32,000 bases of DNA from an uncultured Erysipelotrichaceae bacterium (GTDB lineage: Bacteria; Bacillota_I; Bacilli_A; Erysipelotrichales; Erysipelotrichaceae), in contig OW818668.1 of assembly GCA_942493105.1 (NCBI GenBank), positions 810,001 through 842,000 of the forward strand, read 5' to 3'. The stretch's first letter is position 1; each line of letters opens with the position of its first letter. The notes beneath the pieces are model-generated. The model was not told where the DNA came from. It made no database searches and saw nothing but the letters and a program-made list of their open reading frames with translations. This document shows positions 25,255 to 32,000 of the stretch, in pieces. Made by a program: the position numbers and the translations under genes.

Positions 25255-25408
25255 TATGTTCTCCGTTCATGGAATGTATTCACAAGTTCAACCCAATTTG
25301 TTTAATCAGGTCACATAGGTGATTTCATATATCGCTAATATGTTAAGAATGATCTGGATAAAATGTATTGCATCTCATTGACACAGATACATCAACACTT
25401 GAATAAAT

Positions 25409-25921
25409 CTAGTATTTGAAGATGAATTGATTCAAATCTTCATTTTCATCATTATGGATAGTGCCTTTGAACTCCCCACCATTACTTTCAATAATTTTTC
25501 TTGAGGCAATACTGTCTACATTACATGTTAAGATGACTTCTTTGATTCCTATTTCACGTGCTTTTACTAAAGCGGCTTTGAGAATGAATTGACCGTATCC
25601 CATATTTCTGTGATCAGGTGATATATCATAACCTATATGACCAGCATAAGGATCTGATTGATGTCTGATTCTGGCGACCCCAACCACTTGCTGATTATCT
25701 ATCAACCAAAATGTAGATGTATATGAATCTGTATGGTTTGAACAATCACTTAGTGACCCTTTTTGAAGATATTGAAGATAGATTGGGAAATCTTCAAGAG
25801 CCATTTTGTACTTGTTAAAGTAGTGTTGATCATTGATTTTTTGATAAGCCAAAACATAGTTCTCAAAACTTTCTTGGTAATTCATGTTAGGTTCAAGTAA
25901 TACAGGATTTGATGAAATCAT
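25409..25921 (-). CDS. GNAT family N-acetyltransferase
   Basis: 170 aa. Acetyl-CoA pocket motif HRNMGYGQFILKAALVKAREIGI (Q/R-x-x-G-x-G/A type). ATGA overlap with the upstream nucleotidyltransferase gene (25918-25921). Confidence 0.8.
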   Translation of the reverse strand: MISSNPVLLEPNMNYQESFENYVLAYQKINDQHYFNKYKMALEDFPIYLQYLQKGSLSDCSNHTDSYTSTFWLIDNQQVVGVARIRHQSDPYAGHIGYDISPDHRNMGYGQFILKAALVKAREIGIKEVILTCNVDSIASRKIIESNGGEFKGTIHNDENEDLNQFIFKY

Positions 25922-26694
25922 ATTTCCCTATCCAGTTTTATATTTGAGAGTTGTATCAAATTTTCGATTTTATGTACCATGATTGGATTTAGCTGACTAA
26001 TGGTTTTGAGATAATCCAAGATTACTTGAGCTGCATTAAGAGATTGATGATATCCTAGTATGCTATGACTTAGAATATCAACTAACTCAGGGTAACGCTG
26101 CTCAACTCGCCTTTCAATTGCGAAAAGATCTTCATTGTCTGTCTTTGGTTGAAAAAGATTGTCAGCCATGGATAATAGTTGTTCGATCGCATGCACTTGA
26201 ATGATCATAAAAGCGGACAGGAATTCACCTCTATGGAAACGACACACACCAACATATAGATTCGTTAAGATTTCATTTATCGCATAATCAATGTCTTGAT
26301 GAGGGTGAGGCATAGGGACACATGGGGATTCTGACATAATAAATCCTTCCTTTTTAAAGATAAATTTTCCTTGTGTAAATGATATATCTTTCATCATTTG
26401 GGGTTCAAAAATAGCATACTCAGCATAAATTTCATCTTCCCACATAACTTTATGTCCATCTTTTGTATTTCTAAAAATATATGCTAATGGCGCACAAGCT
26501 TGTAGCCAGTCTGGATTAGAAAGATAGGCATCTTGATTTCCTTGTTCAACGATGACAAAGAAATCAAGATCTGACCACTCATCAAGTCGTTCTTGTTGAG
26601 CGCATGAGCCTAAAGCCAATAAACCAAGACAAGAAGGTTTGTTTTGTGGTACTTCAGAAAGTTGATTCAATCTTTGATTTAGTTTTTCATTCAT
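25918..26694 (-). CDS. nucleotidyltransferase-fold protein, Lnu(B)/LinB-like family
   Basis: 258 aa. G-S-x(n)-D-x-D pol-beta NTase motif (LALGSCAQQERLDEWSDLDFFVIV). The downstream blocks DWLQACAPLAYIF..EDEIYAEYAIF and LYVGVCRFHRGEFLSAF are colinear with my recollection of the LinB lincosamide nucleotidyltransferase. RBS ACGGAG. Confidence 0.6.
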   Translation of the reverse strand: MNEKLNQRLNQLSEVPQNKPSCLGLLALGSCAQQERLDEWSDLDFFVIVEQGNQDAYLSNPDWLQACAPLAYIFRNTKDGHKVMWEDEIYAEYAIFEPQMMKDISFTQGKFIFKKEGFIMSESPCVPMPHPHQDIDYAINEILTNLYVGVCRFHRGEFLSAFMIIQVHAIEQLLSMADNLFQPKTDNEDLFAIERRVEQRYPELVDILSHSILGYHQSLNAAQVILDYLKTISQLNPIMVHKIENLIQLSNIKLDREI

Positions 26695-26721
26695 AAATAA
26701 CTCCGTTTAGTAAACCTTGAC

Positions 26722-27315
26722 TTAGTCAATTTGAAATGTATTATTTTGAAGCGAGTGAAATAAACCTAGTGTTAAATTGACGACCATTTTCGCCATTGCT
26801 TTTGATGACTTTCTCATATCGTCATTCAACCATTTTTGAACAATTCCGACACATCCCGTGATGGTATAGGCATAAACAAATTCTGCATCTTCTTTGGAGA
26901 TAGACTTGGTCATACGTAATTGAGTAGTAATAAGATCATAAACCAGCTGCATAACTCTTTTTTGAAATGAGAAATCACCACGGTCACTTAGCAACAGTTT
27001 AGTGACTTGGGCATTGGCTTGCAGATAATCAAAAATTTTCTCAGCTTGACGAATCGCATTTGGATTAGCGGGATCATCTCCTAATTGGCTGAGATAATTA
27101 TTGATGTTGTCATAAAGATCTTGTTCAATCTCATGTAGTAAATCATATTGATCTGCGTAGTGCGAATAAAAAGTTGCGCGATTGATATCTGCTTCTTCAC
27201 AGATGGCTTTTATGGTAATGCGCTCGATTGTTTTGTGTTCCAACAAACGAATAAAACTATCTCTAAGCACCATTTTTGTATACTTTACACGACGATCTTC
27301 ATTGGGTTTGGTCAT
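26722..27315 (-). CDS. TetR/AcrR family transcriptional regulator
   Basis: Start re-picked to the ATG at 27315-27313 (MTKPNEDRR), preceded by GGAGAA. HTH ITIKAICEEADINRATFYSHYADQYDLL. First gene of a TetR-NTase-GNAT run, with a 27-nt gap to the next gene. Confidence 0.85.
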   Translation of the reverse strand: MTKPNEDRRVKYTKMVLRDSFIRLLEHKTIERITIKAICEEADINRATFYSHYADQYDLLHEIEQDLYDNINNYLSQLGDDPANPNAIRQAEKIFDYLQANAQVTKLLLSDRGDFSFQKRVMQLVYDLITTQLRMTKSISKEDAEFVYAYTITGCVGIVQKWLNDDMRKSSKAMAKMVVNLTLGLFHSLQNNTFQID

Positions 27316-27394
27316 AATGTTCTCCATTACTGTTGGTAATTCAACATAAATAAGGAAAGTGTAAAGTAGGCACCATTTTTTCATTATCTGTCGA

Positions 27395-27423
27395 TTGAAC
27401 TACGTACACAATGTTAGTATACT
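27395..27423 (+). promoter_or_regulatory. promoter of the second MMPL operon
   Basis: TTGAAC (27395-27400), 17-nt spacer, TATACT (27418-27423). Confidence 0.5.
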
Positions 27424-27441
27424 GATTTTGTGACGGATATA

Positions 27442-27454
27442 CAACACAGTGTTG
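27442..27454. promoter_or_regulatory. 13-bp inverted repeat, candidate TetR operator
   Basis: CAACAC-A-GTGTTG has perfect 6-bp arms. It lies between the -10 box and the RBS of the MMPL gene, in the divergent intergenic region shared with the TetR gene. Confidence 0.45.
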
Positions 27455-27470
27455 AGTAAGGAGTGAATTT

Positions 27471-29549
27471 ATGGATCGTTTTACAAGGATCGTGATCAGA
27501 GCCAGAAGATTGATTCTCATCATGTTTCTCTTAATGGGAGTTCTTGGTGGTTTGATGTCTACGATGGTTGAAATCAACTTTAAACTCGTTGATTATCTAC
27601 CCAAGGAAGCTGAATCTACAATAGGGCTTGAGGTCATGAAAGAAGAGTTTGGTACCCGTATGCCCAATGCTCGAGTCATGATCGAAAGCAGTTCTGTTTT
27701 AGAAGTGTTATCTTTAAAAGAACAACTAAAGGCCATTGATGGCATATCATCAGTGACTTGGCTTGATGATGTAGTGGGACTAGATATTTTAAAAACGATT
27801 CCATTATCATTTTTAGATACAAAGCTGGTTGAACCATACTTTAAAGATGGGTATGCTTTGTTGTCTTTAAACATTGTTTCTGGTCTTGAAAAAGAAACCG
27901 TTGCGGCAATTTATGAGGTCATTGGCGATAAAAATGCTGCGGATGGGGAATCCATCAGCGCAGCAGAGACTCAATCCATGTCTGTCAGGGAAGTGCTCAA
28001 TGCGATGATGATTTTGGTACCGATCATTATTATCATCTTACTGTTTAGTACGATGTCTTGGATCGAACCTTTGTTCTTCCTTTTGAGTATTGGGATTGCG
28101 ATCCTATTGAATATGGGTACTAATGTGATCTTTGATGACATTTCCTTCATTTCAAGAACTGTCAGTCCGGTATTACAATTGGCTGTATCTTTGGATTATG
28201 CGATCTTCTTATTACATAGTTTTAATGAACATCGACTTACTCATGATCCGAAAACTGCAATGAGATATGCAATGAAACAATCTTTCCCTACAGTAGCTGC
28301 TAGTGCAGCGACCACATTGATTGGATTTGCAGCATTGATTTTCATGCGTTTTGGGATTGGTGCTGATTTAGGCTTGAACCTTTTAAAGGGTGTAACTTTT
28401 AGTTTCATATCGGTCATGGTTTTCTTGCCTGCAATGACTTTGGCTTTTTATCCTTTAATTGATAAAACTAAACATCGTTCTTTACTTCCACAATTTACAG
28501 GTATCAGTCATATCTTGATGAAGATTCGTATCCCATCCATGATTTTGGCTGTGTTAATCGTTGTCCCAAGTTATATGGCGCAAGCTCAAACACAGTTTAC
28601 TTATGGTATGGGAAGCGTAACAGCTGCGTCCCGAGTTGGATCTGATGGCTTAAAAATCGAACGTGTATTTGGGAAAGATAACCCACTGGTTGTCTTGGTT
28701 CCTAAAGGTGAACCTGGAAAAGAAAAAGCATTAGTCAATGACTTGAATTTAAACCCATGGGTCAATCATATCGTTGCCTATGTCAATAGTATTGGGAGTG
28801 AGTTGCCTATGGAAGCTATGGACCCAGCCATAACAGAACAATTCTATTCTGATCATTATGCCAGATTGATCATCTATCTTAATACTGCAGATGAGGGCGA
28901 CTTGGCTTTCTCGACTGTACAAGAGGTTAAAGATACCATATCAAGCTATTACTCAGAATACTATATGACAGGGACGAGTGCGACCTTAATGGATATGCGC
29001 AATGTGGTGTCTAGTGACACAGCACTTGTCAATCTGATTGCGATCATTGGGATCTTTATTGTATTGTTGATTACGTTTAGATCTTTGCTGATTCCGTTCA
29101 TTTTGATCTTTACCATCGAAACTGCCATATGGATCAATCTATCCTTCCCTTATTTTGGAGACACTACCATTAGTTTTATTGGTTATCTGATCTTAAGTAC
29201 TGTGCAGTTAGGGGCAACCGTAGACTATGCGATCTTAGTAACCAACACATATCTTGAAAAGCGAAGATCGGCACCTCCAAAAGAAGCCATGCGTCAAACT
29301 TTAGAAGGACATCTTGTTTCTGTTGTCATATCAGCTGTGATACTGGCTACAGCGGGATTTATTTTAGCTTTGACATCCACCAATCCCATTATTAAAGAAT
29401 TGGGTACTTTACTGGGTAGAGGCACATTATTATCGCTAAGTATGGTATCGCTTGTCTTGCCTGCATTATTAGTTTTATTGGATCGTCCAATACAGAAAAC
29501 AACCCATCAACACGGCTTTCATGCCGAAGAAATAAAGGAGATATTATGA
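27471..29549 (+). CDS. MMPL/RND-superfamily membrane transporter (no heptad-repeat insert)
   Basis: 692 aa. Two TM blocks with LAVSLDYAIFLLHSFNEHR and LGATVDYAILVTNTYLEKR. RBS AAGGAG. Divergent from a TetR gene, an arrangement like the FarR/FarE-type loci described in staphylococci. Confidence 0.9.
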   Translation: MDRFTRIVIRARRLILIMFLLMGVLGGLMSTMVEINFKLVDYLPKEAESTIGLEVMKEEFGTRMPNARVMIESSSVLEVLSLKEQLKAIDGISSVTWLDDVVGLDILKTIPLSFLDTKLVEPYFKDGYALLSLNIVSGLEKETVAAIYEVIGDKNAADGESISAAETQSMSVREVLNAMMILVPIIIIILLFSTMSWIEPLFFLLSIGIAILLNMGTNVIFDDISFISRTVSPVLQLAVSLDYAIFLLHSFNEHRLTHDPKTAMRYAMKQSFPTVAASAATTLIGFAALIFMRFGIGADLGLNLLKGVTFSFISVMVFLPAMTLAFYPLIDKTKHRSLLPQFTGISHILMKIRIPSMILAVLIVVPSYMAQAQTQFTYGMGSVTAASRVGSDGLKIERVFGKDNPLVVLVPKGEPGKEKALVNDLNLNPWVNHIVAYVNSIGSELPMEAMDPAITEQFYSDHYARLIIYLNTADEGDLAFSTVQEVKDTISSYYSEYYMTGTSATLMDMRNVVSSDTALVNLIAIIGIFIVLLITFRSLLIPFILIFTIETAIWINLSFPYFGDTTISFIGYLILSTVQLGATVDYAILVTNTYLEKRRSAPPKEAMRQTLEGHLVSVVISAVILATAGFILALTSTNPIIKELGTLLGRGTLLSLSMVSLVLPALLVLLDRPIQKTTHQHGFHAEEIKEIL

Positions 29550-31084
29550 AAATAACATTAAAGATCATCATTACACTGGGACTAATATTCATGATGTCCA
29601 TGTCTGTTTCTGCCCAAGGAGAAGCTAGCCCAAAAGATGAAGTAGTCTATGGGTTCTTAGATGCGAATGGAACTGTGAAGTCGATTCAAGTGGTTAATAT
29701 CTTCACCAATGGATCCGTTGTTGATTTTGGAGACTATAGAAAATTGACCAATTTAAGTACATTAGATCCCATCACTGTTTCCGGAGACATGATTACTGCT
29801 GAAAGTGAAGCTTCGCGTCTTTACATACAGGGTGATTTAAAGAAATTAGAACTACCATGGATTGTGACCATTCAATATTCACTTGATGGACAAGTCATTG
29901 CACCTGCTCAGTTAGGTGGCAAGAGCGGTAAGTTGATCATCACTTTAAGTGTGAATGCAAATCCTAATATCAATCCTACTTTTGCAGCCAATATGGCCCT
30001 ACAAGTCGGCGTTACCCTAGATCAAGCGATTATTAGTGAACTTAAGACAGAAGGCGCAACCTTAGCAGAAGCGGGTTCTTCCAAGCAAATAACCTATACT
30101 GTCTTACCTAATCGTTCACTCAACACAAGCATAGAAGCCACAGTCAAGAATTTTGAGATGGATCCCATCACACTTAATGGTGTACGTATGTCCTTAGGAT
30201 TTGATGTGGATACATCGTCGCTTAAATCAGAATTGACTCAACTCAGTGATGCGATTGCTCAGTTGGATGATGGGGCACTAGAGCTTCAAAAAGGCATCAA
30301 GGCATTGTCTAATGGATTCAATGATTACGTCTTAGGTGTTGCGCAATTTGATGCTGGATTGGCTCAATTGGTACTCAGTGGCGAAGCTTTGAAACAAGGT
30401 GCAGCTGCACTTAGTACAAACCTTAATCTTCTTACCCAACAGAACCAACAGTTGTTATATGGGGCTTTAGCCATTCAACAAGCGACATTTGATGCGGTAA
30501 ACACCAATCTGGCAGGATATGGTTTACCTACTTTGACTCCAGCAAATTACACACAGGTTCTTGATGCAATGCCATCCTTGGCAGCAGTTAAAGCACAGCT
30601 TGATGGAGCAGTTCAATTTACACAAGGACTAAGTGATTATCTGGATGGTGTTGTGTTGTTGGCACTTGGTGCAGAGGACTTATCCAATGGACTTAACCAA
30701 TACCAAGCAGCCAATAAATTATTGGCTCAATCTTCAAACCAACTCTATTTAGCTGCCCAAAAACTGAATACTGCGTTGAAACAGGTAAAAAGTGGTCTTG
30801 CTGAATACACAAAAGGTACTGGACAACTTCATGATGAAACTCAGGACTTGGATACCACTTTAGAAAATGCTATTGAAGATATGATCAGTGACTTTACAGG
30901 CAATGGAGATCCTGTTTTATCCTTTGTGTCTGAAAAGAATACAGCCATCTCAGCGGTACAGTTTGTATTAAAGACAGAATCAATCCAAGCTCCTAAGGCA
31001 GAAGAACCGGTAGAGCCGCTTCCAATTAAGCGTAATTTCTGGGAAAAACTTTGGGATCTTTTCTCGGGTTTGTTTAAATCCTAA
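29546..31084 (+). CDS. secreted/anchored LxxG heptad-repeat protein (YhgE/Pip-like repeat region)
   Basis: ATGA overlap with the MMPL stop (29546-29549) and RBS AAGGAG. Signal peptide MKITLKIIITLGLIFMMSMSVSA/QGE. Central repeats LDDGALELQKGIKALSNGFNDYVLGVAQFDAGLAQLVLSGEALKQGAAAL. Confidence 0.8.
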   Translation: MKITLKIIITLGLIFMMSMSVSAQGEASPKDEVVYGFLDANGTVKSIQVVNIFTNGSVVDFGDYRKLTNLSTLDPITVSGDMITAESEASRLYIQGDLKKLELPWIVTIQYSLDGQVIAPAQLGGKSGKLIITLSVNANPNINPTFAANMALQVGVTLDQAIISELKTEGATLAEAGSSKQITYTVLPNRSLNTSIEATVKNFEMDPITLNGVRMSLGFDVDTSSLKSELTQLSDAIAQLDDGALELQKGIKALSNGFNDYVLGVAQFDAGLAQLVLSGEALKQGAAALSTNLNLLTQQNQQLLYGALAIQQATFDAVNTNLAGYGLPTLTPANYTQVLDAMPSLAAVKAQLDGAVQFTQGLSDYLDGVVLLALGAEDLSNGLNQYQAANKLLAQSSNQLYLAAQKLNTALKQVKSGLAEYTKGTGQLHDETQDLDTTLENAIEDMISDFTGNGDPVLSFVSEKNTAISAVQFVLKTESIQAPKAEEPVEPLPIKRNFWEKLWDLFSGLFKS

Positions 31085-31105
31085 CGATGTGATGTTGATA
31101 TTAGT

Positions 31106-31136
31106 GAACGTTCTGGGACAATCCAGAACGTTTTTT
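31106..31136 (+). terminator. rho-independent terminator
   Basis: AACGTTCTGG (31107-31116), loop gacaat, CCAGAACGTT (31123-31132): a perfect 10-bp stem followed by a T-run to 31136. Confidence 0.85.
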
Positions 31137-31252
31137 AATGAAATGGACGATTAAGTGAGTAAGGTGTATATTGAAGGTGATGGAAGTTGTTTAGCTTAAT
31201 AGATTAAATATACATATTTCATTTCTGATTGGTAAAACAAAGGAGGATTGAA

Positions 31253-31645
31253 ATGAAAACGATCATTAAGGATATCTTGGTTGGTTTTTTGGTTGTGGTT
31301 ATGATTATTTTATGTGAGTTTATCGTAACGATACCTTTTGGTTTGCCTAACTTTACCAGTCAAGCCGATTACATTGAGTTCATGAGTCGTGAATTCTTGC
31401 TTACCGCATTGCCGGCGCTATTTGTTACCTATGGTTTTGCTTGGTTACTTAAATCCAAGACAATGAAAGCAGCTGTTCAAAGAAGCATCATTTGGACATC
31501 TATGGTTCTCTTAAATTTCGTGATAATTGGTTTAGGAAATAATAATTTAAAGGAAATATTTAGAACATTAGGGATTTATGTCTTATTGGTTTGTACTTTT
31601 AGTGGTCCCATTATTTATTTAAAGTTAACTGCAAAGAAAATGTAA
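31253..31645 (+). CDS. small polytopic membrane protein (130 aa), function unknown
   Basis: Start re-picked to ATG 31253 after AAAGGAGGA (31239-31247). About four hydrophobic helices. Confidence 0.65.
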   Translation: MKTIIKDILVGFLVVVMIILCEFIVTIPFGLPNFTSQADYIEFMSREFLLTALPALFVTYGFAWLLKSKTMKAAVQRSIIWTSMVLLNFVIIGLGNNNLKEIFRTLGIYVLLVCTFSGPIIYLKLTAKKM

Positions 31646-31754
31646 ATGATATCCATCTAAAGAGTATTTATCATCATCCCATGATAAAGAAGCGTCTTGC
31701 GATAATACTTATAAAAGCAATTTATCAAATATCGATAAATATCAATATATATAG

Positions 31755-31783
31755 TTGACATCTCTTTCTAATGTGCCTATAAT
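31755..31783 (+). promoter_or_regulatory. consensus sigma-A promoter
   Basis: TTGACA (31755-31760), 17-nt spacer, TATAAT (31778-31783). Confidence 0.7.
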
Positions 31784-31786
31784 TCA

Positions 31787-31810
31787 ATATATAGATGAAT
31801 GTCTATATAT
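31787..31810. promoter_or_regulatory. perfect inverted repeat, candidate repressor operator
   Basis: ATATATAGA (31787-31795), 6-nt spacer, TCTATATAT (31802-31810). It sits between the -10 box and the RBS GGAGG (31811-31815). A related TCAATATATATAG lies just upstream of the -35 box. Confidence 0.5.
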
Positions 31811-31819
31811 GGAGGTGTC

Positions 31820-32000
31820 ATGCAGATCTTTGGTTGGTTAAATGATAGTTTCTTAAAAATGACTTGGCTCAATGATTTAATGCGTTTGATTATTGAGAAA
31901 GTTTTTGGACTAGATAGTACAGGACAATTAGGCGCTAGCCTTCAGTTCTTTATGTATGACACCATTAAGATATTTATCTTATTATCGGTCTTGATTTTCA
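31820..32000 (+). CDS. permease, 5' partial (UPF0718/ArsP-like family candidate); runs off the window
   Basis: ATG 31820 after GGAGG. Open to the window end. MQIFGWLNDSF...LQFFMYDTIKIFILLSVLIF resembles the FF.YD..KI..LL N-terminal signature of that permease family, as I recall it. Confidence 0.5.
   Translation, partial: MQIFGWLNDSFLKMTWLNDLMRLIIEKVFGLDSTGQLGASLQFFMYDTIKIFILLSVLIF

Noticed and set aside
24711-29601. ORFs 24711-24980(+), 27148-27339(+), 27341-27577(-), 27593-27874(-) and 29392-29601(-).
   Set aside because: They overlap the supported serine hydrolase, TetR-2, MMPL-2 or heptad-repeat genes, or their promoter region. ORF 27341-27577 spans the divergent promoter/operator region. 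None has independent support.
1-32000. A window-wide scan for CRISPR arrays, tRNA/rRNA genes, IS elements or transposase genes, integrases, long direct or inverted repeats, and known defence-system signatures.
   Set aside because: I found nothing. No spaced direct repeats, cloverleaf-like GC-rich segments, DDE/tyrosine-recombinase motifs or nuclease/ATPase defence signatures appear in any listed ORF. I could not check every short unlisted ORF.

Overview
This is a low-GC, Bacillota-like chromosomal window (spot counts of single 60-nt lines gave about 32-47% GC). It is almost fully coding, and I recognised no rRNA, tRNA, CRISPR array or IS element.

Gene order, left to right:
- a hypothetical gene (-);
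- an ECF sigma / anti-sigma pair;
- TetR plus a 952-aa MMPL/RND-type transporter with an internal LxxG heptad-repeat insert;
- a frameshifted membrane-protein pseudogene;
- a tyrosine phenol-lyase-type lyase (-) behind a complete T-box leader whose specifier reads UAC (Tyr);
- a tightly packed nine-gene operon (9522-21661, +), described below;
- an 830-bp stretch free of long ORFs, carrying decayed coding remnants;
- a coiled-coil / degenerate-GGDEF / HD-GYP c-di-GMP phosphodiesterase;
- a beta-lactamase-fold serine hydrolase;
- a TetR-nucleotidyltransferase-GNAT operon (-), divergent from a second MMPL transporter whose heptad-repeat module is a separate, translationally coupled gene;
- a small membrane protein;
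- the 5' end of a permease behind a consensus promoter with a perfect palindrome.

In the nine-gene operon, the first five genes form a Gram-positive-type pel exopolysaccharide locus (pelD-pelE-pelA deacetylase-type-pelF-pelG). The last four are a CotH-kinase-like protein, a VTC/polyphosphate-polymerase-like protein, a DUF4956-like membrane protein and a DUF4874/DUF4832-like hydrolase candidate.

The most novel-looking element is this CotH/VTC/DUF4956/hydrolase module, which is co-operonic with pel and sits next to c-di-GMP signalling parts. The second is a Tyr T-box controlling a tyrosine phenol-lyase.

All family calls come from motif recognition by eye. No database search or folding program was run, and start codons were re-picked from RBS context.
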